Shown: positions 1 through 10,703, counted from the first letter of the stretch. The stretch: DNA of 64,000 nt from Pirellulales bacterium (GCA_963733035.1 CAVTBU010000005.1:2336001-2400000), one strand, 5' to 3'. Numbers and translations: made by a program. The notes: generated by a model from the sequence alone, not told the origin.

Positions 1-77
1 CGGACGACCATCCCGCGGCGGCGCGGGAGATGGTCTGGTCGCTACTCACCAGTAGCGAGTTCCGATTCAATCACTAG
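1..77 (+). CDS. 3' end of a DUF1549/DUF1553 (PSD1) planctomycete protein, partial
   Basis: Frame from nt 3 reads ...AAAREMVWSLLTSSEFRFNH*, the typical DUF1553 C-terminus, directly upstream of a DUF1501 gene. Confidence 0.8.
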   Translation, partial: DDHPAAAREMVWSLLTSSEFRFNH

Positions 78-189
78 CGAACAAACGGTTGCCGACGGTC
101 AGGATGTCGGTGGAAGTAGAAATCGAACAACAGGCGCGATCGTGGGCGACCGCTCCGATCGACGTTGCCGTCAAAACGAGGACCTTGCC

Positions 190-1474
190 ATGAAATGCCA
201 CTACGCCTGCCGCTCTGGAGAGCATTTGATCGAGCGGCGTAAGTTCCTGGGCACGCTGGCCGGGGTGGCCGGCGCGGCGACGTTTGGCGCGCCCAGCATG
301 GTCCGGGCGGCAATGCCACAGCTGACTGCAGGCAATAAGCACATTCTCATGGTCTGGCTGGCCGGCGGAGTGAGCCAATTGGAGACCTGGGACCCCAAGC
401 CCAAGACGGACACGGGCGGACCGTTTCGCGCGATTCCCACGTCGGTGCCCGGCATTCACATTTGCGAACTGCTCCCGTACACCGCCAAGCAGATGCACCA
501 CTTAGCGCTGGTGCGGAGTATAAACACCAAGGAAAACGATCACGGCAAAGGGGCCTACTGCATGACCACCGGTCGCAGGCAGGAGCCGGTGGCCGACTAT
601 CCGCACTTGGGAGCCGTCGGCGCGAAGCTGCTCGCGCCGGCCGATTCGCCGCTGCCTGGTCACATTCACGTGGCGGCGGGGGGCACCGGCGGCAGCCGCG
701 ACGACGCCGCGTTTCTCGGCCCGCGCTACGCCAGCATCTCGCTGGGCGACGGCAACCCGCCCCGCAACACGGCGCTGCCCGAGGGTATGACTCCGGCGGC
801 CGACGACAAGCGATATGCCTTCCGCGCAAGTGAACGATCACTTTGCCCGGCGGCGCCGTTCGGCCGAGAGCGACGCGTTTCTGTCGTCGTTCGACCAGGC
901 CCGGCAATTGATGGAAAGGCGCGAGGTGTTCGACGTCAGCAAGGAAGCGGCGGCCGATAAAGAGCGCTACGGCAACAGCGAGTTTGGCAAGCAGTGCCTG
1001 CTCGCCCGGCGACTCATCGAAAAAGGGGTCAGTTGCGTGCAGGTGACGCACACCAACTACGATACGCACCACGAAAACTTCAATTTCCACATCGAGCAAC
1101 TCGGCGAGTTCGATCAGCCGTTTGCCACGCTGGTGGCCGACCTGGTCGATCGTGGCCTGTGGGACAGCACGCTATTGGTGGTGATGTCGGAGTTCGGCCG
1201 CACGCCGCGGATCAACAATCGCTTTGGCCGCGATCACTGGGGCATGGCTTGGAGCGTGGCCCTGGGGGGCTGCGGCATTCAGCCCGGCGCGGTCATCGGC
1301 AAGACCAACGCCAACGGCACCGAAGTGGCCGATCGCGAGGTCAATCATGGCCACTTGTTCCACACGTACCTGAGCGCGGTGGGGGTCGATTCGTCGGGCA
1401 AATTCGACGCCGGCGGCCGCAGCATTCCCATGGCCGACCCGGCCGCGGCCCCCATTTCGGAGCTCTTGGCATGA
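190..1474 (+). CDS. DUF1501 domain-containing protein (Tat-exported); frameshift near 825
   Basis: RRKFL Tat motif, WLAGGVSQLETWDPKP, YDTHHENF and MSEFGRTPRIN...GRDHW; split over ORFs 142..960 and 815..1474. Confidence 0.9.
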
Positions 1475-2496
1475 ACGACCCGCAAGCCGCCGCCGATCCG
1501 AACCGGGTCGATCCGCAAAAGACGCACGCCGTGGGCGAGTGGAAGTACACCAGCCCCTTGCTCGCCTGCCGGTTCGATCCGAGCGGGCAGTTCGTGTTTT
1601 GTTCGGCGCAGGACAACACCGTGCAGCGGTGGAACATCGCCAGCGGCGCAGCCGTGCCGATGGAAGGTCACGACAGCTGGGTCCGCGGCATCGCCTGCCA
1701 CCCCTCGGGCAGTCATGTTTACACCGGCGGCTACGACGGGCAGTTGATTGCCTGGGAAGCGTCGGCCGAAGCGCCCAAGCCGGTGTATACGATCGAAGCG
1801 CACGACGGATGGATTCGCTCGGTCGCCGTCAGCGCCGACGGCAAGCTGCTGGCCACGGGCGGCAACGACCACCAGGTCAAATTGTGGGATCCGCTCGACG
1901 GGCGGCTCATCGACGTGCTCGAAGGACACCCGTGCCACGTCTACAGCGTGCTGTTCCATCCCGACGGCAAACGGCTCGTCTCGGGCGATCTCAAGGGCGA
2001 AGTGCGCGAGTGGGACCTGGCCACCACCGAGCAACTGCGGACGCTCGACGGCTCGGCCCTGTGGAAATACGACGGCGGGTTCCGGGCCGATATCGGCGGC
2101 GTGCGCGGCATCGGCTTCAACGCCGACGCCACGCTGTTGGCTTGCGGCGGCATCACCGAAGTGAGCAACGCGTTCGCGGGCATTGGCAATCCGCTAGTTG
2201 TGGTGTTCGACTATGTCACCGGCGAGAAGAAGCAATCGCAAGTTTCGTCGAAGAAGCCGCGCGGCACGGTATGGAACGTTCATTTCCATCCCGAAGGTTT
2301 TTTGATGGGCGTTTCCAGCGGCCACGACGGCGGCCACCTGCTGTTCTGGAAAGTTGCCGAGCCGAACGAGTTCTTCGACTTCAAACTCCCCAACCTGGCC
2401 TACGACTCCGATCTGCACCCCGACAAGCTGCGCGTGGTCACGGCGCACGAGGACAACACGCTACGCCTGTGGCGCATGACGGCGCCGGCGGGATAG
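1471..2496 (+). CDS. WD40 repeat protein
   Basis: Repeats such as GHDSWVRGIA..TGGYDG, AHDGWIRSVAVSADG..VKLWD; ATGA overlap with the DUF1501 stop. Confidence 0.9.
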   Translation: MNDPQAAADPNRVDPQKTHAVGEWKYTSPLLACRFDPSGQFVFCSAQDNTVQRWNIASGAAVPMEGHDSWVRGIACHPSGSHVYTGGYDGQLIAWEASAEAPKPVYTIEAHDGWIRSVAVSADGKLLATGGNDHQVKLWDPLDGRLIDVLEGHPCHVYSVLFHPDGKRLVSGDLKGEVREWDLATTEQLRTLDGSALWKYDGGFRADIGGVRGIGFNADATLLACGGITEVSNAFAGIGNPLVVVFDYVTGEKKQSQVSSKKPRGTVWNVHFHPEGFLMGVSSGHDGGHLLFWKVAEPNEFFDFKLPNLAYDSDLHPDKLRVVTAHEDNTLRLWRMTAPAG

Positions 2497-2649
2497 GGTG
2501 CAGTTCACACGGGCAAAGTCGCGCGTTCTGCAACTGAGATGGGCGTTGACTCTCGCGCCCAAATATCGGTTTGTGCAGTTGTCCATCCGTAGTGCCGGAT
2601 CGTGTTGTATATCTGGAGATACTGGCGGGCCTCTGGAGATACGTGGCAC

Positions 2650-3312
2650 GTGAAGGTCAAGTGCCCCAACTGTCAGCGCGAGATTCCGGCCGAACAGATC
2701 AACGTCGGCAGTGACGTGGCCTATTGCCCGCGGTGTGAAAACGCATTTGCGCTTTCATCGCTTGTCGCCGCAGGCGCGACAGATGATGTCGAGCTTGGCG
2801 AGCCGCCCCCGGGATGTTGGATGCGCGTTGGATTTGACGACTGGGAGGTCGGTGCCACAACGCGTTCCTTTGCGGCGCTGTTCGTTATTCCCTTCATGTG
2901 TGTCTGGTCGGGGTTTTCGCTGGGTGGCATCTACGGCAGCCAAATCGCCAAGGGCGAGTTCAACCTGTTCCAATCGCTGTTTGGAATTCCGTTCCTATTC
3001 GGCACGGTTATGTTGGCTGCGATCGCCGCCATGACCGTAGCGGGCAAAGTCACCTTGAGTGTTCGCGACGATCGAGCCGAGTCGTTTATTGGCGTCGGTT
3101 CTCTCGGTTGGCGCCGCCGGTTCGATTGGTCGGGCATCGCCCGCGTGGTTGAAGGGCCCGCGGCAAACTCGCTTTACGGAAAGGACAGCGGTTGGATCGT
3201 TCTCGAAGGAGCCGGTACGGCGATCCGATTCGGGTACGGCGTCAAGTTCGAGCGACGTGCCTACTTGATGCGGGCCTTGCGGAAGATGCTCGTCAAGACG
3301 AAGCGATCGTGA
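2650..3312 (+). CDS. Membrane protein with N-terminal zinc ribbon
   Basis: CPNC...CPRC motif followed by two hydrophobic segments; GGAGA upstream of the GTG start. Confidence 0.65.
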   Translation: MKVKCPNCQREIPAEQINVGSDVAYCPRCENAFALSSLVAAGATDDVELGEPPPGCWMRVGFDDWEVGATTRSFAALFVIPFMCVWSGFSLGGIYGSQIAKGEFNLFQSLFGIPFLFGTVMLAAIAAMTVAGKVTLSVRDDRAESFIGVGSLGWRRRFDWSGIARVVEGPAANSLYGKDSGWIVLEGAGTAIRFGYGVKFERRAYLMRALRKMLVKTKRS

Positions 3313-3629
3313 TTCCGTCGGAACGACTTTCGCTGCCAACGCGCGAACGACGCGGACGCTTGGTCGGTCCAACGCGGCAAACCGCCCAGCGTTGGCACAT
3401 TATCGACGAATCGGCAAACGCAAGCTTGAGCTCTGCTGCCGAAAGACGGTAATATGCCGCTGCGGTCGTACCTGCGAGCAGACGGAGAGGTCGGCGCGAC
3501 GGCACGTGAACCGAACAGGCCGCTGGGATTGTTCGCCGGAAGGTGCGACGCCAGGCTTTCGAGAGTCGCGTACCGCTTGCCCGGTGCGGCTAGTGCCAGA
3601 TCGCTGAAAGCCAAGAGGAGCTGATCGTG

Positions 3630-4088
3630 ATGCACGACATGGACGCATTGAGATCGAGCATCAAGCGCTGGACGTTGATTCTGGGCGTGCTGCAAATCAC
3701 CGTCGGTTGTAGTGTGGGTTTCATCCCTCCGTCGGCCGTCCAGTGGTACCGAGGGCTCGTCATGAGCCACATCGAGTACACGGCCAACGGCGTGTTGATG
3801 ATCGCCTTCGGATTCTTGGTGCACGAGTTGAGCCTCGGACCCACGGCGCTGAAGATCTGGTTCGCGATGCTGCAAGTGGGAACGTGGACCAATGGAACGG
3901 CCGGGCTCGTCGGCGCCTTCATTGGCTACGCGTCATTGCTGATGCCCAGCTTGAACGAGAAATTTCCGGCCCCACATGGTCCGGATCACCCGGCCGTTAC
4001 CAGTTTGCTTCAGCTTTGTGGCGTGACGATCATGGTGGCCCTGGTGCTCACCTTGTACGGACTGTTGCGCCGCAAGCCAGACGGTTGA
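3630..4088 (+). CDS. Four-TM membrane protein resembling the hydroxylaminobenzene mutase (HabA)/styrene oxide isomerase (StyC) family
   Basis: Four hydrophobic helices; MSHIEYTANGVLMIAFG resembles the family AHLEGxxNGxxLxxxG motif; GTWTNG resembles GTYANW; GAGGAG RBS. Confidence 0.55.
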   Translation: MHDMDALRSSIKRWTLILGVLQITVGCSVGFIPPSAVQWYRGLVMSHIEYTANGVLMIAFGFLVHELSLGPTALKIWFAMLQVGTWTNGTAGLVGAFIGYASLLMPSLNEKFPAPHGPDHPAVTSLLQLCGVTIMVALVLTLYGLLRRKPDG

Positions 4089-4429
4089 TCTCGGCGCTCG
4101 CGTGCCGTACTTGCTCGTCGAACTTGGTCCACAAATCGGCCCACCACGGTAGAGCCGCGGCGCTCATCGGCGGTGGTCGCGGTGAAGGTCAATCCGTCGT
4201 ACGCGTGCACACTCCCTTCGCTCGCCGGGCCGGCACGGACGCGAGCACGTCGAGCTCACGTCACAAATTGCCAGATTCCGCGGGAATTTTCTCGACCGTT
4301 GGTTGTTTCGCTTGGCGCTGCGGCCGATACTGACGCTCGACCGACAATCCATTCCGCATTCTGCGCTAAAACTCCGACGCGGGTTTTTCCTTGCGCAGAG
4401 CCACTCCAAATCCGAATGAGGTGACGCTG

Positions 4430-5101
4430 ATGACCACGACACGACGATTCATTTCTTGCGCCGCGGCCACGCTGACCATTTTCTCCACCAGCGTTCTGCG
4501 GGCCGGCGAGATCACCGGCTTCAGTTGGTTTTCGGGCGTCGCGTCGGTGGCCGGCACGACGATCTCTCCCCCCTCCGACCCCAACAACGACGACGTCGTC
4601 GGCCCGTCACCCAACGGCGTCTTCGTTACGCAAAAAAACTACGTCGGCATCGGTCCGGTGGACTTGCAGTTTGACGTGAGCGACACCGGCGGCGTAACCG
4701 AGTACTTGATCACCGAGGGCGTTGCGAACAACACGGGCCTCGACTGGAGCAGTTATCACATCGAACTGGGGTTCGGCCACGAGGCCGGCTACGTCAAATC
4801 GACCTTGGGCGACGGGCTGGACTTTGACGCCCCCGATTACAATTCAACCTTCTTTTTCAATCCCTCGCCCGGCTTTTTTCCCACCTACTCGGTTAGCGAG
4901 GATGATGTCTACGCCACTGGCGGCGTGATGCCGAATTCGACCTTCGCGGGATACTTCCAATTCACCATCGACGTGCCCGACGGCATCACGTCGTTCACGA
5001 TCCGGCAGTCGCCAATCCCCGCGCCCGAGCCGTCCACCTGGGCCTTGGCCTGCATCGGTTGCATTGCCTTGTGGACACTCGGCCGTCAACGGAAGTCCTA
5101 G
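4430..5101 (+). CDS. PEP-CTERM sorting domain-containing secreted protein
   Basis: Signal peptide; C-terminal APEPSTWALACIGCIALWTLGRQRKS. Confidence 0.85.
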   Translation: MTTTRRFISCAAATLTIFSTSVLRAGEITGFSWFSGVASVAGTTISPPSDPNNDDVVGPSPNGVFVTQKNYVGIGPVDLQFDVSDTGGVTEYLITEGVANNTGLDWSSYHIELGFGHEAGYVKSTLGDGLDFDAPDYNSTFFFNPSPGFFPTYSVSEDDVYATGGVMPNSTFAGYFQFTIDVPDGITSFTIRQSPIPAPEPSTWALACIGCIALWTLGRQRKS

Positions 5102-5246
5102 CGGCACAAAGGCGCCGGCGGACGCGCGTGCGCTTTACTGGAGTTGACCTGTTCCGGCCTCGCGGGCAAAGTGAGGCCCGGGACCGTGGCAAGGCTGCGC
5201 GCGGTGTCGCGAGGCGAGAGTTTATCTTCACGCAGGAAGGGATCGA

Positions 5247-5909
5247 ATGCTGACGCTCGTCGGGCTGCTGCTGTTGCCGCTGGCAGTGATCCTCGTGCAG
5301 ATCTCGATTGGTGCGACGGGTTGGATCGGCAACGCCTGCTACAAGTCGGCGTTCATCGTTCCGCCGTTGATCTACTGCCGCGTGCACGGCATTCGCATCG
5401 GCCGCGAAATATTTCGCTGGCAGAATTGGCGGAATGACTTGCGCCTGTCGCTGGCGATGGGTGTCGGCGCGGCCTTGCTGTTTTGGGGATTCTACGCCAC
5501 CGCCGGGAGCTTGCTGGTCGACAAGGGGGTGATTGCCGCCAAGATTCACGAGCAGTTCAGCGTCACCGCCGGCACGGTGCTGCTGATCGCGCCGTTCACG
5601 ATCCTGATCAACTCGCTCATCGAGGAGTTTTTCTACCGTGGTTTTGCGTTCGGCCTGATCGCTACGCGCCGGCCAGTGCTGGGCACGCTATTGCCGGCGG
5701 CCGTGTTCACGGTGCAACATCTGCTATTCGCCTATCATTGGGTGGGTCCGGGCACGGTGGCAATCGGCGTGGTGGTGCTGTTCATGTTCTCGCTGGTGAC
5801 GCAGGCCATGTACGCCAAGGCCGACTCGATTGTCGCCCCGTGGGTCATCCACATTTGCGGCGACCTGGCTATGATGACGATCGCCGTGGAGTTGATTTAT
5901 CGCGGATAG
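5247..5909 (+). CDS. CPBP (Abi/CAAX) family intramembrane metalloprotease
   Basis: EEFFYRG, FTVQH and WVIHICGD motifs; multiple TM helices. Confidence 0.85.
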   Translation: MLTLVGLLLLPLAVILVQISIGATGWIGNACYKSAFIVPPLIYCRVHGIRIGREIFRWQNWRNDLRLSLAMGVGAALLFWGFYATAGSLLVDKGVIAAKIHEQFSVTAGTVLLIAPFTILINSLIEEFFYRGFAFGLIATRRPVLGTLLPAAVFTVQHLLFAYHWVGPGTVAIGVVVLFMFSLVTQAMYAKADSIVAPWVIHICGDLAMMTIAVELIYRG

Positions 5910-6041
5910 GGCTTGCCCTGGGCAAACGGCAGTCCTGCCTGGTTCCAAGAATTGCCCAGCCGGGACGAATAATAGAGGAATAGAGGTCGACGTGTTCTAT
6001 ATTTCATCCGCAAATCGATCGGACCGTGACGCTTTCTGGCC

Positions 6042-8465
6042 ATGCCTGATGACTTAACCATGCCTCGGGCCAAGAGACCGCACCCCGTCCAATTCCTGGC
6101 GCTGGGGGTCATTGCGCTGGCCGCCGCGGTTGGGCTGTACGACCTGTTGGTGGAAGCCCCGCCCCAGCCGTCCGACGAAACCGTCGAGTGGGAATCCTAC
6201 GGACGCGACCCCGGCGGGAGCCGCTATTCGCCGCTTACCCAGATCAATCGCGACAACGTGCGGCAGCTCGAAGTCGCCTGGGTCTATCGCACGGGCGACT
6301 GGTCCGACGGCACGGGCGGCCGACCGAAGACCGCGTTCGAATGCACACCGATCGTCGTCGACGGCACGATGTACGTCAGCACGATTCATGGCCGCGTGAT
6401 CGCGCTCGAACCGGAGACGGGGCAGGAGCGCTGGACGTTCGACGCAAAAGTCGATCGGACCGTTCATCGCTCGGAGATCGGCAACCGTGGCGTGGCAACC
6501 TGGCTTGACGCGAACTTATCCCAAGACGCGCCGGCTCGTCGGCGAATCTTCGTGGCGACCATCGATGCCCGGCTGATCGCATTGGACGCAGACACCGGGC
6601 GAAAGTGTACCGATTTCGGCGATCAGGGAGAAATCGATCTGACGCGCGGCGTCGACTTGGGCGACCACCTTGTGGATAAAGAGGACTACGGCGTGACCTC
6701 CGCTCCGGCCATCCTGGGCGACCTGGTAGTCGTCGGATCGGCGATCGGCGACAACCGCGCCGTGACGGTTGAACGCGGACTGGTGCGCGCCTTCGACGTG
6801 CGGAGCGGCGAGTTGCGCTGGTTTTTCGATCCCATCCCGCGCGACGCGTCCGATCCGGCCCAAGCAACGTGGGAAGACGACAGCGCCACGCGCACCGGTG
6901 CGAGCAACGTTTGGGCGCCGATCTCCGTCGACACCGAGAGAGACCTGGTGTTTGTGCCCACGAGCAGCCCCAGCCCCGACTATTACGGCGGCGACCGACC
7001 GGGCGCGAACGAGTATTCCAATTCGGTCGTTGCGCTGCGCGGTGCGACGGGGGAGGTCGCGTGGCACTATCAGATCGTGCACCATGATCTGTGGGATTAT
7101 GATCTGCCGGCACAGCCGACGCTGATCACGGTTCGCAAAGACGGCCGCGAGATTCCGGCCGTGGCACAAGCCACGAAGATGGGCTTTCTGTTCCTGCTCG
7201 ATCGCGAAACGGGCGAGCCGATTTACCCGGTCGAAGAGCGCGCGGTGCCCAAGTCGGACGTACCCGGCGAGAGCAGTTGGCCCACCCAGCGGTTTCCCAC
7301 CGGCCCGCCCCCACTGGCTACGGCGCGGGCGACGCCCGACGACGCCTGGGGGCTCACGCCCTGGGACCGTGCACAATCGCGCGAATTGCTCGAGCGCTAT
7401 CGCTACGAAGGCATTTACACGCCGCCCAGTTTCAAGGGCTCGATTGAATTCCCGGGTATTGCCGGCGGAACGAACTGGGGTGGCGTTTCGTTCGAGCCGC
7501 GGCGAGGACTGGTCGTGCTGAACATGACCCACCTGCCGTTTTTGATCAAACTCTTTCCGCGCGACCAGTTCGATATCGAAAAAGCAAGGCAAACCTGGCA
7601 GGCCGAGTACGCCCGGCAACAAGGAACCCCGTACATCATGGGCCGCGCGCCGCTGTTTTCGCCGCTGCGCTTACCGGCAACGAAGCCGCCCTGGGGCACA
7701 TTGGCGGCCGTCGACGTGAACACCGGCAAGTTGAAGTGGGAAGTCCCGCTGGGAACCACGCGCGATATCGCGCCGGTGCCCTTGCCGCTTCGTGTCGGCG
7801 TGCCCAGCATGGGCGGCTCGGCGTGCACCGCCGGCGACCTGGTGCTGATCGGTGCCGCGGTCGACAATTATATTCGGGCGTTCGATATCGATACCGGCGC
7901 GGAATTGTGGAAACGCCGCTTGCCCGCGGGGGGTCAGGCCACGCCGATGACCTACCAACTGCAACCACCCTCTGGCAGCGGCAAACAGTTCGTCGTCATC
8001 GCGGCCGGCGGGCACGGAAAACTGAACACGACCATCGGCGACTACGTCGTGGCGTTTACGCTGCGAAGCCGCGGAGCGATCATCACGCTGTGGCTACTCA
8101 GCACGCTGCTGGCCGCGGCGTCCGTGTTCGTCGCGACGCGATGGTTGTGGCTGAAACCTCCCGAAGAGGGCAAGAAACATTCGCGGCTTCGTCGCCTGGG
8201 CCGCGGAATCGTGCGCCTGTTTGGCGTGCTTTTTCTTCTCGCGGCGGTCGGGCTCGTCTTGCCCTGGCTGCTTGGCGGCGCCACCTGGCTGGTGCCGCTG
8301 TCGGCGTTGGTACTATGGAGCGGAATGCTGCTTACGACGCTCGCGGTGGTTGTGCGTGGTCGGGTTCGACTCGTACTCCCTGCGATTGCACTGCTGGCCC
8401 TGGCTACCGTGACGGCCTACCTGCAAATGAGCGAGTTGTTCTGGGTCGGCGCCATGCCCTGGTGA
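6042..8465 (+). CDS. PQQ-dependent (quinoprotein glucose) dehydrogenase with extra C-terminal membrane segments
   Basis: WESYGRDPGGSRYSPLTQINRDNV, HHDLWDYDLPAQP, PPWGTLAAVD, GGQATPMTY and GDYVVAFTL, then ~130 hydrophobic residues. Confidence 0.9.
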   Translation: MPDDLTMPRAKRPHPVQFLALGVIALAAAVGLYDLLVEAPPQPSDETVEWESYGRDPGGSRYSPLTQINRDNVRQLEVAWVYRTGDWSDGTGGRPKTAFECTPIVVDGTMYVSTIHGRVIALEPETGQERWTFDAKVDRTVHRSEIGNRGVATWLDANLSQDAPARRRIFVATIDARLIALDADTGRKCTDFGDQGEIDLTRGVDLGDHLVDKEDYGVTSAPAILGDLVVVGSAIGDNRAVTVERGLVRAFDVRSGELRWFFDPIPRDASDPAQATWEDDSATRTGASNVWAPISVDTERDLVFVPTSSPSPDYYGGDRPGANEYSNSVVALRGATGEVAWHYQIVHHDLWDYDLPAQPTLITVRKDGREIPAVAQATKMGFLFLLDRETGEPIYPVEERAVPKSDVPGESSWPTQRFPTGPPPLATARATPDDAWGLTPWDRAQSRELLERYRYEGIYTPPSFKGSIEFPGIAGGTNWGGVSFEPRRGLVVLNMTHLPFLIKLFPRDQFDIEKARQTWQAEYARQQGTPYIMGRAPLFSPLRLPATKPPWGTLAAVDVNTGKLKWEVPLGTTRDIAPVPLPLRVGVPSMGGSACTAGDLVLIGAAVDNYIRAFDIDTGAELWKRRLPAGGQATPMTYQLQPPSGSGKQFVVIAAGGHGKLNTTIGDYVVAFTLRSRGAIITLWLLSTLLAAASVFVATRWLWLKPPEEGKKHSRLRRLGRGIVRLFGVLFLLAAVGLVLPWLLGGATWLVPLSALVLWSGMLLTTLAVVVRGRVRLVLPAIALLALATVTAYLQMSELFWVGAMPW

Positions 8466-8523
8466 TCCGGCGTGGTTGAGCGTTTTGTCTTCTCGCTGTT
8501 GACGCAGGGGACGTACCTGTTTT

Positions 8524-10059
8524 TTACCGTCGCCCGACAGGGCCCACGTCGCGGGGCTGTACGCAGTATTCCAAAATCGTCAGCGCGTCGGCGCCGACAG
8601 GCACTCCGTCCAATTCGCGAGCCGTTTTGATCAGGTGATCGGTCAGCAGACCGGTGAGCCGCTCGACGACTTCCGCGTTCTTAGAATCGGCATAAACGTT
8701 GTGCATTTCGTCGGGATCGCTGTGCAGGTCGTACAGGCGGAACAGGTTTGGCGTGAGGGGCCGCTCGGTGTCGTAGCCGTCAGTGCGGCGGCGGGCATTG
8801 CGCTCATAGACTAACTTCCAGTAGTCGTCGCGGACCATGATTTCGTCGTTCTGCGCGTACTCGACGATCACGTGGTCGCGGTGCTTTGTTGTCTTGCCGT
8901 CGAGCAGTTGGATCATGCTCTTGCCTTGCAGCGGAGCGGTCGTCTGGTAGTCGCACAGGTTGTAGATCGTGGGCACCAGGTCGACCAGTTCCACAAACGC
9001 GTGGGTCAGCCGCCCGCCGGCGATGCGTTTGGGATAGCGAATCACCAGCGGCACCCGGACCGCCTGTTCGTAGCTGCAGTGCTTCTCGAAGCGGCCGTGC
9101 TGTCCGAGCATGTAGCCGTGGTCTCCCAGGTAGACGACGATCGTGTCTTTGGCCTGCCCCGATCGCTCCAGCGCGTCGAGCACGAGGCCAACGTTCTGGT
9201 CCATGTATTCGACCGACGTGTAGTACGCGGCATTAATGCCCTGCTTCTCGGCGTCGGTCAGGTCGCGAAATTCGGCCGGAATCTGATCGTCGTCTTCCGG
9301 TCCCACCGGCGGCACGTCGAACGACTCCGGCTGATATCGCCCGCGAAATTCCAGCGGAAAGCGAAAGGGCGAGTGCGGCTCGTAGAAGCTGACCATCAAG
9401 AAATACGGCTTCTCGTGCGGCGCTTCGATGTACTCGGCCGCCTGCTGGGCGAAATAGGTGGCGTCGGTCTGCGCATCAACGGTATCCACCGGCCGGCATT
9501 CGGCATTGAGCCAAATGCGCGCCGGGTCTTTGAACGGATGCCAGGGCGGTTGCACGAGCACGCCCTCGGGCGTTGGCGGCCGCTTCTGCTCGCGCAGCCA
9601 GCGGCGGTACTCACCCATGTCGACGCGCAGATCGAACCCGTGCGAGAGATTGCTGTTGAAGTGCATCTTGCCGATCGACGCCGTGTCGAAACCAGCCAGT
9701 CGCAATGTCTCGGCCATCGTGACTTCGCTCTCAGGCAGCGGCGTCTGCAGCAGCGTCACGCCGATCGACCGCGGATACCGGCCACACAAGAACGACTGCC
9801 GCGAGGCCGTGCAGACCGGCGAATTGCAGTATGCCCGCAGAAAATGGATGCCGCCGGCGGCCAGGCGGTCGATGTTCGGGGTGCGAATCTGTGGGTTGCC
9901 GTACACGCCGGTGACGTAGGCCGCGTGATCGTCGGAGCAAATCACCAGTACGTTCGGCGGCCGGCCGTCGCGGGCGATGGCGCTCCGAGGAATCATCGGC
10001 AGGCAAACGATTGCCAGGAAAAAAACGGCTCGGGCGCGGTATCGAAAGTTGCCTGTCAT
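8524..10059 (-). CDS. Formylglycine-dependent sulfatase (choline-sulfatase-like)
   Basis: SDDH, CTASRQSFLCGRYP (CxxSR), GKMH and GDHG motifs. Confidence 0.9.
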   Translation of the reverse strand: MTGNFRYRARAVFFLAIVCLPMIPRSAIARDGRPPNVLVICSDDHAAYVTGVYGNPQIRTPNIDRLAAGGIHFLRAYCNSPVCTASRQSFLCGRYPRSIGVTLLQTPLPESEVTMAETLRLAGFDTASIGKMHFNSNLSHGFDLRVDMGEYRRWLREQKRPPTPEGVLVQPPWHPFKDPARIWLNAECRPVDTVDAQTDATYFAQQAAEYIEAPHEKPYFLMVSFYEPHSPFRFPLEFRGRYQPESFDVPPVGPEDDDQIPAEFRDLTDAEKQGINAAYYTSVEYMDQNVGLVLDALERSGQAKDTIVVYLGDHGYMLGQHGRFEKHCSYEQAVRVPLVIRYPKRIAGGRLTHAFVELVDLVPTIYNLCDYQTTAPLQGKSMIQLLDGKTTKHRDHVIVEYAQNDEIMVRDDYWKLVYERNARRRTDGYDTERPLTPNLFRLYDLHSDPDEMHNVYADSKNAEVVERLTGLLTDHLIKTARELDGVPVGADALTILEYCVQPRDVGPVGRR

Positions 10060-10703
10060 GCGGGTTTCCTCAGTGCAAGTTGTTCGACGATCGCCGGCGA
10101 CGGCGCGAAGCCGGCCTCGGCCAGCGCGGACAGGTAATCGGCCGGGGCATTCAGGTTTCTCAGGGTATCGAGCCGCGGATCGACGTCGCGCAGTTCGACT
10201 TCGCTCACGCGCCGGGTCGGCACGCAATCGAAAAGGTCTGCCGGCCGCATGCGATCGGCCGCCAATAGTTCGTCAATCACGTCGACAAGACTCGTACGAT
10301 ACACGGCGGCCAGCGATTGCAAGTAACCGCCGCTCACGGGCACCGCCGCCGCATCTTCGCCCAACAGCGCGAACATTCGCCGCACGAAGTTGGGCACCAG
10401 CAGTGGCACGTCGCAGCCGGTGGCATAAGACGCTCGCACATCCTCGGGCATCGCCCGCAAGCCGGCTGCAAGTCCTTCCAAAGGCCCGCGATCGGGCTGG
10501 CGATCGTACGCGACGATTACCGGCCGATTCAACGGCGGCAACTCCTGACCGGTCGCCGCCACGACGACGACCGGTTCGCACGCCTCGCCAACCAACCGCA
10601 CAATGCGCTGGAGCATCGTCTCGGGGCCAAACGGCAGGGACGCTTTCGGCACGCCCATCCGCGTGCTGTGTCCGCCGCAGAGAATGATCGCGCCGTGGGT
10701 CAT
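10056..10703 (-). CDS. mobA: Molybdenum cofactor guanylyltransferase
   Basis: GAIILCGGHSTRMGVPKA, GPLEGLAAGL, GCDVPL and NLNAPAD. Confidence 0.85.
   Translation of the reverse strand: MTHGAIILCGGHSTRMGVPKASLPFGPETMLQRIVRLVGEACEPVVVVAATGQELPPLNRPVIVAYDRQPDRGPLEGLAAGLRAMPEDVRASYATGCDVPLLVPNFVRRMFALLGEDAAAVPVSGGYLQSLAAVYRTSLVDVIDELLAADRMRPADLFDCVPTRRVSEVELRDVDPRLDTLRNLNAPADYLSALAEAGFAPSPAIVEQLALRKPA

Noticed and set aside
3480..3575. Possible glycine riboswitch (GGAGAG ... CGCCGGAAGGTGCGA)
   Set aside because: Lacks the conserved CUCUCAGG 3' element and a convincing P1; the downstream gene is unrelated to glycine
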